A DNA stretch of 64,000 bases, from IMG/VR virus record IMGVR_UViG_3300029319_000001. One strand, given 5' to 3'. Shown here piece after piece: positions 56,296 through 64,000 of this stretch. A program made the translations under genes and the position numbers. The DNA comes from a virus (lineage: Duplodnaviria > Caudoviricetes). Numbering within the stretch: position 1 is the stretch's first letter; every line of letters starts with the position of its first letter. Below the pieces are notes generated by a model, which worked only from the letters and a program-made list of their open reading frames with translations, had not been told where the DNA came from and did not search any database.

Positions 56296-57189
56296 GTGTC
56301 AAGAGACGGATCACCAAGAGTAAGAAGAATATCAGATGTTCTACCGTTGTTTACAAAAGTAGCAACGACTAATCATTATGAGTTATCATTTCCAGCAATG
56401 CCTTGGCAATTGTTGACCTATATTAAGTTAAAGAGTGAAGATACTATAGATAACGCATTTGTCTTCAGAGATCTAGGTTTATTGTGTAAAGGTGCAGCAT
56501 TACCTGGAACTGCATATGCTACAGCTCAGATTAATGGTAACTATATGGGTATTAATCAAAAGTATGCTCATACAAGAATATACACAGATGCATCATTTAC
56601 TTTCATGGTTGATGATGATTATAGAGTAATTAGATTCTTTGAACTATGGCAAGAATTTATATCAAGTGGATCAAGCACTATGAGAAATAGAAAAGCATAT
56701 TATCATAGAATGCAGTATCCTTCAGAATATAAGTGTGATACTTTAAATTTAAAGAAATTTGATAAGAATCATGGTAATAGTATAGATTATACTTTCCTAA
56801 ATTCATTTCCAGTTAATATCACTCCTGTTGCGGTTAATTACGATACAGCTCAAATCTTAGAAATATCGGTTTCATTTGCTTATGATAGATATTACTTTGG
56901 TAATCTTAGAAGACAAGATACTAGGACTAATCAAGGTAGTGGCAATCCCAACAACCCATATCCAGCTAGTTTCTTAGACCATGCAGGTAATGCTGTAGGT
57001 AATACTCCTACAACTGGTACCAGCGATCTCGCAAAAACTGGTAATTCAGGTGGTACTTCATATCCAGGATTAGAAAATGGTGACATTGTTCTTGATCCTA
57101 ATAAAGAATATAGTGATTCTGAGACAATGAAGATCCTTCTGACATCTCCAGATAATAATGGTGGTTTACCTAAAGAATATATCGCATAA
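56296..57189 (+). CDS. Tail tube initiator/tube-fold protein (gp54/gp19-like)
   Basis: LCKGAALPG, FTFMVDDDY, FFELWQ, FPVNITPV, SFAYDRY; GTG start. Confidence 0.65.
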   Translation: MSRDGSPRVRRISDVLPLFTKVATTNHYELSFPAMPWQLLTYIKLKSEDTIDNAFVFRDLGLLCKGAALPGTAYATAQINGNYMGINQKYAHTRIYTDASFTFMVDDDYRVIRFFELWQEFISSGSSTMRNRKAYYHRMQYPSEYKCDTLNLKKFDKNHGNSIDYTFLNSFPVNITPVAVNYDTAQILEISVSFAYDRYYFGNLRRQDTRTNQGSGNPNNPYPASFLDHAGNAVGNTPTTGTSDLAKTGNSGGTSYPGLENGDIVLDPNKEYSDSETMKILLTSPDNNGGLPKEYIA

Positions 57190-57223
57190 ATGTGTTATAA
57201 TATAAGGTAGTGTTTATTATTAT

Positions 57224-57910
57224 ATGGGACTTGCTAAAGATTTAAAAGTAGGAACTAAACAATCTCACTCTGCTGCAGAGAATACTAAGTTTGTTTCTTC
57301 CTTTCTTCGTGGTGTAGTAAACAAAGAAAAATATAGACAACTTGTTGCTAACTATTATTTCATATACCACACTATAGAGTCAGAGGTTAGAAGATTAAAA
57401 GATGATCCTCTCGTTGGATCTTTAGATATTAAAGAACTTTACCGTCATGATGCATTAGCAAAGGACTGTGAATACTTCTTTGGTGCTGACTGGAGAGATA
57501 ACATTTATCCTTCAAAAGCATGTCAACAATACATTGATCGTATTGGAAAGGTTGCCCATGAAGAACCAGAACTTCTCATAGGACATCATTATACAAGGTA
57601 TCTTGGAGATCTATCTGGTGGACAGATTCTTAAGAATATTGCAGAGAAAGCATTAAAGTTAACTGATGGAGGTCTAGACTTCTATGAGTTTCCTGATATA
57701 GAGAACAAAAAAGAATTTAAAAACACATATCGTGCTACACTAAATAAGATGCCTGTGACACAATCACAAGTGTCTGCTATCGTTACTGAAGCAAATTACG
57801 CATTTCGTTTAAATATGTTCATGTTTGATGAATTGGATGGTAATGCGTTTAAATCTGCAGTTGCTTACTTCTGCGGAGTACTTAGAGGAAATACTGATGC
57901 CATTACCTAA
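57224..57910 (+). CDS. ho1: Heme oxygenase
   Basis: GTKQSHSAAENT, HHYTRYLGDLSGGQIL, EANYAFRLNM. Confidence 0.95.
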   Translation: MGLAKDLKVGTKQSHSAAENTKFVSSFLRGVVNKEKYRQLVANYYFIYHTIESEVRRLKDDPLVGSLDIKELYRHDALAKDCEYFFGADWRDNIYPSKACQQYIDRIGKVAHEEPELLIGHHYTRYLGDLSGGQILKNIAEKALKLTDGGLDFYEFPDIENKKEFKNTYRATLNKMPVTQSQVSAIVTEANYAFRLNMFMFDELDGNAFKSAVAYFCGVLRGNTDAIT

Positions 57911-58610
57911 AATTGTTACCCCGACCTATACATTAACTATTCCTTCGTCGGGTAAAAAAATTACATATAGACCTTTCCTAGTCAAAGAAGAAAAAGTTCT
58001 TATCATGGCAATGGAAAGTGATAATATGGATCAAGTTGGTAGAGCAATTAAAGATGTTCTATCTGCATGTATCAATACTCGTGGAATTAGAGTAGATAAA
58101 TTATCCACATTTGACATTGAATATCTATTTCTTCATGTTCGTGGTAAATCTATTGGTGAAACTATTGAGGTCATGGCAACTTGCCCTGATGATGGTCAAA
58201 CTAAAGTTCCTGTAACAGTAAGTATTGATGAAATACAAGTTAAGATTGATCCAGAGCATAGTAAAGATATTAAATTAGATGAAAAGTTAACTCTTAGGAT
58301 GAGATATCCTTCTCTTACTGAGTTTGTTAATCAAAATTTTGGAGAAAAAGATCAAGTAACTGCATCATTTGATGTTATTGCTTCTTGTATAGACATGATT
58401 TATACAGATGAAGAAACATGGTCTGCAAAAGATCATTCTAAAAAAGAATGGGTTGCATTTGTAGAGACATTGCCATCAAATGCATTTAAGCAGGTAGAAA
58501 AGTTTTTCAATACCATGCCTAAATTAGAGCATACTGTTACAATTACTAATCCCAATACAAAGATGGAGAGCGATGTAAAGTTGGAGGGTTTAGCAGCTTT
58601 TTTCAGTTAG
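57897..58610 (+). CDS. gp26: Baseplate hub assembly chaperone
   Basis: MPLPKI..PTY, YRPFLVKEEKVL, FDIEYLFL..RGKSIGE, LEGLAAFF; GAGGA SD. Confidence 0.9.
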   Translation: MPLPKIVTPTYTLTIPSSGKKITYRPFLVKEEKVLIMAMESDNMDQVGRAIKDVLSACINTRGIRVDKLSTFDIEYLFLHVRGKSIGETIEVMATCPDDGQTKVPVTVSIDEIQVKIDPEHSKDIKLDEKLTLRMRYPSLTEFVNQNFGEKDQVTASFDVIASCIDMIYTDEETWSAKDHSKKEWVAFVETLPSNAFKQVEKFFNTMPKLEHTVTITNPNTKMESDVKLEGLAAFFS

Positions 58611-58612
58611 CG

Positions 58613-58789
58613 ATGTTGCACCAAGATATCGTGGCGTTTTATAAAATTAATTTCGCCTTGATGCAGCATCATAAATACAGTTTGAGTGATATCGAAAACA
58701 TGATTCCGTGGGAACGAGATATATACATTAATCTCCTCCAACAATATATTGAAGAAGAAAATCTAAAAAACCAACAAGCTAGAGGCTAA
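58613..58789 (+). CDS. gp51: Baseplate hub assembly catalyst (58 aa, absent from ORF track)
   Basis: YKINFALMQHHKYSLSDIENMIPWERDIY. Confidence 0.88.
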   Translation: MLHQDIVAFYKINFALMQHHKYSLSDIENMIPWERDIYINLLQQYIEEENLKNQQARG

Positions 58790-60564
58790 TGTCGGTACAA
58801 GCAAGTAAAGTATTTCCAAAATCTAGTAGAACTGATAGACAACGAGCATCTACTGATAGGGATTTTGCTGGAAATTCTAAGGAGGATTCAAAAGCATTTA
58901 TAGGACTTAGTAAAAATCTTTTTGCGATTCATAAGAATTTAGGAGCAATTGCTGATTTACTGCAAACACAAGCATTAAATGAGAAAAAAGAAGATGATGC
59001 AGAATTAAAAAAACAACAGAGAGACGAAGATGCAAGGCAAAAATCTGGGGCAGAAAAAGCACTTGAAGGGGTTTTAACTAATGCAGTACTAAAACCGATA
59101 CAGAAGATGAAGGACACTACGGCAGGTATATTTGAACGACTAGTCAAAGTGCTTGGTGCATTGGGTTTAGGTACGATTGCTGTGAAAGGTCTAAAAGGTA
59201 TAGAAGCTTGGATGGAGGGAGATAAAAGTATTCTTGAGCAATTAGAAAAAGATATTAAAACAATATTAGGTGTAGCTGCTGGAGTATTTCTTGCAATTAA
59301 TGTTGGATTACCACTTATTTCATCTGCAATAGGAACTGTAATAGGTAGTATTGGAGTGGGTGGAGCATTTAAAGGAGTGTTAGCATTACTAGGAAATCCT
59401 TATGTTTGGTTAGGAATTATTGCTGCTGTAGGTATAGCATATACAGGAACAGAACTTTATAAGTTTTTAAAAGGTGAATATGGTCCTGATGGAGAAGGTA
59501 TTGGATCTTACGCTCCTATTAACCAAGAAGCAATTGCAGAAATTCAAGAAGTTGGTATGGAACAATACCGAATAAATGAGAGAAACCGAATTGATAATTT
59601 ACTTCAAGCAGATCCAAGTTTGGTAAATGAAAAAACTGGTGAGATGAAAAATGATGCTGAACTCGCAATTATGAGCATGACCAATGATAATGCAAAATTA
59701 TTAATGGCTTATAATAATAGACTCAGGATGTCTCATACTGGTAATTGGGATCAATGGGATCCTAAAAATATGTCTGAAAAGGATACGCAGTTATTCAATA
59801 CTATTCCAAAACTCATTGAAAATTTTAGAAGTGAATGGTCTAAGTTTTATTCACTAGCACAGGAAATAACTGCATTAATGGATGGTGCAAGAACCTTTGA
59901 AGAGGTACCTGATAATATAATGACAAAAATTGATGCAATGATGGTTGAGCAACAACTTCACAAGGATAATATGATTAAGTATCTCGATGCTGTTAAAGCA
60001 TCAAGAAAGAAGATGTCAAATGATGGTAAAAATTATCTAGATGCTATTTTAAGAAAAAATGATATGGGTAATTTACTTTATAATGCTGATTGGTGGGGTA
60101 AAATGGTAATGCCAGGTCCTATTCTAGATGCAGTTCAAGTTAAAGAAGGTCTTACACCAGGATTAAGAAAATTAGCAATCAATACTTTTAATAATCTAGG
60201 TGAAATGAATACAGATCTTGTTGAAGACATAGAAAGAATGCCAGAAGGAAATCCAGTATTAATGGGTGAAGATACTAATTCTCTTTCTCAAAATAATGAA
60301 AATTCTGATCTAGATATTTCCTCAAGTGCTAATGCTTTTACGAATGAAAATTTGTCATTAGCAAATCAAATTAGCGATTATGATGCTTTTAATGAGAAAT
60401 TCAATATAGTTCCATTTGATATTAGTCAGGATGATGCTAATGTTGATTCTGATATAACTTCCACTAGTTTCTTTGCTGAAACAGATTTACCAGCTTTTTC
60501 AATTTTTGATAATGATAATTTTTATAGAGATTTGGCTCAAAGTAATTATGGAGTCTATGACTAA
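58789..60564 (+). CDS. Tape-measure/gp29-like baseplate protein
   Basis: Follows gp51; coiled-coil N-terminus, hydrophobic Gly-rich segment, helical body. Confidence 0.5.
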   Translation: MSVQASKVFPKSSRTDRQRASTDRDFAGNSKEDSKAFIGLSKNLFAIHKNLGAIADLLQTQALNEKKEDDAELKKQQRDEDARQKSGAEKALEGVLTNAVLKPIQKMKDTTAGIFERLVKVLGALGLGTIAVKGLKGIEAWMEGDKSILEQLEKDIKTILGVAAGVFLAINVGLPLISSAIGTVIGSIGVGGAFKGVLALLGNPYVWLGIIAAVGIAYTGTELYKFLKGEYGPDGEGIGSYAPINQEAIAEIQEVGMEQYRINERNRIDNLLQADPSLVNEKTGEMKNDAELAIMSMTNDNAKLLMAYNNRLRMSHTGNWDQWDPKNMSEKDTQLFNTIPKLIENFRSEWSKFYSLAQEITALMDGARTFEEVPDNIMTKIDAMMVEQQLHKDNMIKYLDAVKASRKKMSNDGKNYLDAILRKNDMGNLLYNADWWGKMVMPGPILDAVQVKEGLTPGLRKLAINTFNNLGEMNTDLVEDIERMPEGNPVLMGEDTNSLSQNNENSDLDISSSANAFTNENLSLANQISDYDAFNEKFNIVPFDISQDDANVDSDITSTSFFAETDLPAFSIFDNDNFYRDLAQSNYGVYD

Positions 60565-62063
60565 TGGCAACTTTAATGCCTACTAAGGATCAAGCACTAG
60601 AAATTGGTGCTGGCATTCTTGCTATCAGAGAGACAACTCAAGGTATTCGTAAATCTTTAGGAAAGGAAGTTAAAAGAGATAAAGCCGCATCTAAGAAGAA
60701 ACAAGGATTTCTCCGAAGAATGTTTGCGAGGAAAAAGAAGGCAGATGCAGAGAAAATGATTGAAGCAAAGAAGAAGAAAAATTTTATGGGAAAAGGAGTA
60801 ACAGCTGTTGCAGCTGCAGGTAAATCTTTCGTGGAAAGACTATTTGGTGCTGCTGGTGCATTATTAGTTGGATTTCTTGTTGTTAATTTACCAAAAATTA
60901 TTGAAGAAGTAAAAAAAATTGTTGAGTGGTTACAAAGTGTAAAAGATTGGGTAGATAATTTTGTTGATAAAGTAACAGAAGTTAGTGATGTAATTATAAA
61001 CACAGTTAAAGAATGGATATCCAATATAAAAGAAATGTTTGGGTTTGAAGAGAAGAAAGATGAGATTGAGAAACAGATGGAAGAGGGTAAAAAAGTTGCT
61101 GAGACATTAGAAAAAGATTGGAATGCAGATCAAGAAAGAATTAAAAAAGATATAGAAGAAGCAAAAAGAGAAGGTGAAAGGATAGTTGATGGTTTACCAA
61201 AATCTGATCAAGAGGTTGTTGAAGAATCTAATGCAAGAGTTAATGAAATAAAAGCTTTACAAGAGCAAAGAGATTCGGGAAAAATAACACAACAACAATA
61301 TGAAGCAGAGGTTGATAAGTTGTATGAAAATGAGAATATTGGTGATTCTAAAGAGTCACAAATATTAAGTAACCAAATTGATAGAAACGAATTAAGTCCT
61401 TCTGAATTTTTTGGTACTAATCAATATGGTGATGATAGTACTGGTGAAGGAGAAGAAGAAATCAATACTGATCTTGAAAAACTTGATGATAATGTAAATT
61501 TAGAGGGAACCAACACAAATGAGAATAAAGATCTCTCTTTACAGAATAATGGAGGAGTTAATTTTGTCAGCACTAATAACTCAGGCACAGAAAATGGGGA
61601 AGAACAACCAAAAGAAGTAGTATATCACAAACCTGGTATGAGTATGAAATTTTCACCACCAGGTATAGGAGTTGATGGACTAACCAAAGAAGAAGCAAAA
61701 ACAAGATTTCTAGAACTTCATAATAAACATCCTGACTTAAATTTTGATGAAGAACATGAATATCAAGCACTTGAGATAGTTCTTCATGATAAATTTAATG
61801 TCAATACAACTTCTTTACAAGTTGAGGGTCCCGCAGACTTTATAAAGTCAATAAAAGCTAGATATCCCAATGATGAGATGAATCTAATATCACCAACTGG
61901 CGGTAAAACTATTGTTGTTCCTGTTGATACCTCCCAAAGCGGAATAAATAAAAATGGAACAAAAGTAATTTCTAGTGGTAGTGAAGAGGGTACAACTGCA
62001 GTCGTTGAAATTTCAGCAAACCCAATAAAGAAAATTAATCAGTTCAATAGACACTTTGTATAA
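60564..62063 (+). CDS. Second tape-measure/gp29-like protein
   Basis: Same layout: K/E-rich coiled coil, hydrophobic segment, long helical repeats. Confidence 0.45.
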   Translation: MATLMPTKDQALEIGAGILAIRETTQGIRKSLGKEVKRDKAASKKKQGFLRRMFARKKKADAEKMIEAKKKKNFMGKGVTAVAAAGKSFVERLFGAAGALLVGFLVVNLPKIIEEVKKIVEWLQSVKDWVDNFVDKVTEVSDVIINTVKEWISNIKEMFGFEEKKDEIEKQMEEGKKVAETLEKDWNADQERIKKDIEEAKREGERIVDGLPKSDQEVVEESNARVNEIKALQEQRDSGKITQQQYEAEVDKLYENENIGDSKESQILSNQIDRNELSPSEFFGTNQYGDDSTGEGEEEINTDLEKLDDNVNLEGTNTNENKDLSLQNNGGVNFVSTNNSGTENGEEQPKEVVYHKPGMSMKFSPPGIGVDGLTKEEAKTRFLELHNKHPDLNFDEEHEYQALEIVLHDKFNVNTTSLQVEGPADFIKSIKARYPNDEMNLISPTGGKTIVVPVDTSQSGINKNGTKVISSGSEEGTTAVVEISANPIKKINQFNRHFV

Positions 62064-63367
62064 TGGCAATATCACCAACTGCTGCTTCTACCTTTGAAGA
62101 AATCACTATAACTTCGTCTAACGGTGAAAAAACTGTTAGTTTAATTGGTGGTGTTACTAGATTGCAGTATTTTGAGACTTTAATGTCTCCAATGTGTACT
62201 GCTAAAGTAGAGGTAGTTAATACAGGTAATACTATTGATGGTCAATCATTATATAATGGTTTACCTATTCGTGGTGGAGAAAGAGTATATTTTAAAATAA
62301 AGACTCCTGTTGAGGCAGAGGCAGAACAAGAAGAACATCTTGAGAGTGTTTTGTATGTCAATAAAGTAACTGATGTTGTATCTGACAAAGCAACTGAAGT
62401 TTTTACTTTACATCTTGTTTCTAGAGAAGCTCTTAGCAATGAACAAAGTAGAGTAACTAGAAAATTCTACGGACAAACTATAGATAAGAGCATTGGTGAA
62501 ATTGTTAAGTTAGTAGAACCTTTAAAACAAGAACCATTTGAGGAAACTGAAAACATTTATAATTTTATTGGTAATTTAAGAAAACCTTTTACACTTATAT
62601 TATGGTTAGCATCTAAAGCAATTCCTGTAGGAGCAACAAGTAGGAGTGCTGGATTTTTCTTTTGGCAAACTAGAAAAGGATTTCATTTTAGATCAGTTGA
62701 AGATATGATAAAAAAAGCAGTAGAGGGAAAAGATAACTTACAAAAATATTATTATTCTCAAACAGTAGATCCTTCTCTTGAAGATTCCCTTCAAAATGCT
62801 ACAAAAATTTTAGCATTTTCAGTTAGAGAAGATTCTGATGTTCTTACTGATTTGAATAGTGGTGTTAAATCTACATATAGAATATTTTTTAATCCAGTTA
62901 CTTTTGAGTTTACTCAACCACAAAATTCTGTATTTAGAGAAAAACCAGCATCAAGTTTAGGAGTTCCTGAAGAGGAAGAACCTAAGGTTGCTGATCCAGA
63001 AAACATTCCAGCCAACATGATGGCTTCTAGAATCATTACTTCAGTATATGATGTAGGAACCTTAGAAGTTGGTATATCTACAGATGTTAATTATGATCCT
63101 GTTGATAGCACATCACAGGCTATTACAAGATATGGTATGCTATTCAACACACAATTAACTTTGACAGTACCCACTAACACCAATTTAGTTGCTGGTGATG
63201 CTATAATGGTATTCTTCCCTAAGACAACTGATGAAGAAACTGTGATGGACGATAGGATGAGTGGAATATATATTATAAAGGATCTCACTCATTTATTCCT
63301 ACCTAACTCATCTTATACAGCATTAAAAGTCGTTAGAGATTCACACGGTCTTTACCCACAACAATAA
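62063..63367 (+). CDS. Baseplate hub protein (gp27/gpD-like)
   Basis: LPIRGGE, FIGNLRKPF, FFFWQT.KGFHF.S, PTNTNLVAGD, SGIYIIKDLTH; precedes gp5. Confidence 0.55.
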   Translation: MAISPTAASTFEEITITSSNGEKTVSLIGGVTRLQYFETLMSPMCTAKVEVVNTGNTIDGQSLYNGLPIRGGERVYFKIKTPVEAEAEQEEHLESVLYVNKVTDVVSDKATEVFTLHLVSREALSNEQSRVTRKFYGQTIDKSIGEIVKLVEPLKQEPFEETENIYNFIGNLRKPFTLILWLASKAIPVGATSRSAGFFFWQTRKGFHFRSVEDMIKKAVEGKDNLQKYYYSQTVDPSLEDSLQNATKILAFSVREDSDVLTDLNSGVKSTYRIFFNPVTFEFTQPQNSVFREKPASSLGVPEEEEPKVADPENIPANMMASRIITSVYDVGTLEVGISTDVNYDPVDSTSQAITRYGMLFNTQLTLTVPTNTNLVAGDAIMVFFPKTTDEETVMDDRMSGIYIIKDLTHLFLPNSSYTALKVVRDSHGLYPQQ

Positions 63368-63369
63368 CT

Positions 63370-63636
63370 ATGACTACTAAAATTCCAAATCAAGATTTAA
63401 ACCATGCAAATATTGATCCTAAAGATGGAAAAGAACATGTAAATCATGGTATAATAGAATATACTGAAGCAGACCTCAAGATGCATAATGATGCATTCCA
63501 TGATCACACAGAAGATGAAGTAGTACCTAATGATGGTAAGATTAATGATTGGCACACTCGTCATGAAGATAAGCATCTAGAGATATATTGTGATAATCAT
63601 CCTGATTCATTTGAATGTAGAGTATACGACGACTAA
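63370..63636 (+). CDS. cp12: CP12-domain protein with His/Asp-rich N-terminus
   Basis: C-terminal LEIYCDNHPDSFECRVYDD. Confidence 0.65.
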   Translation: MTTKIPNQDLNHANIDPKDGKEHVNHGIIEYTEADLKMHNDAFHDHTEDEVVPNDGKINDWHTRHEDKHLEIYCDNHPDSFECRVYDD

Positions 63637-64000
63637 TGATAGACGCATCGATTTTAGGTAATAGTCAATTTTTAGGTAGAGACGGATTCCGTTGGTGGGT
63701 CGGTCAGATACCTCCTCTTGATGCACAGGAAGATCAATTAGCAATTGGAGAGGGAGTAGGAAATAGAGTCAAAGTAAGGATTATGGGATATCATCCTTTT
63801 AATGAGGATATCTCTAACGAAGATCTTCCATATGCACAAGTTTTACTTCCTACAACTGCTGGTAGTGGTGGAGCACAATTTGCTAACTCAGTTAAATTAC
63901 AACAGGGTGATACTGTATTTGGATTTTTCTTAGATGGTGATGCTGCTCAACTTCCATTAATTATTGGACATTTTGGTAGAACATCGCTAGTAAATAATGA
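63636..64000 (+). CDS. gp5: Baseplate hub/tail spike protein, 3'-truncated
   Basis: GRDGFRWWVGQI, RVKVRIMGYHP, DLPYAQVLLP, GDTVFGFFLDG. Confidence 0.85.
   Translation, partial: MIDASILGNSQFLGRDGFRWWVGQIPPLDAQEDQLAIGEGVGNRVKVRIMGYHPFNEDISNEDLPYAQVLLPTTAGSGGAQFANSVKLQQGDTVFGFFLDGDAAQLPLIIGHFGRTSLVNN

Overview
AT-rich 64 kb segment of a T4-like cyanomyophage, most likely infecting Prochlorococcus (Prochlorococcus-type psbA/psbD, pebS, ho1, four hli genes, phoH, T4-like gp33/gp32 and baseplate genes, ATAAATA late promoters and sigma70-type early promoters). From 5' to 3': pebS, an EndoII-like nuclease, a methyltransferase plus five 2OG-Fe(II) oxygenases; a 10 kb glycan cluster (gmd, C-methyltransferase, fcl, GT11, GT6, further glycosyltransferases); a structured leader RNA plus a small outer-membrane barrel gene; hli genes, peroxiredoxin, halogenase-like gene, psbA and psbD; small accessory genes including a degenerate PurC; tail-fibre genes interleaved with a heptose/carbamoyl modification cluster and a subtilisin-tail-fibre fusion; then the core replication and baseplate module. 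The most striking unexplained structure is at 47.87-48.46 kb: two tandem glutamine-II (Downstream-peptide) riboswitch-like aptamers, each with a complete small ORF nested in its P2 loop and the start codon inside the P2 stem, upstream of a DUF4278 gene. Second is a canonical -1 frameshift cassette that would fuse gp26 to gp51 just before the tape-measure-like genes. All family assignments come from recognising motifs by eye; no database searches or folding programs were run.
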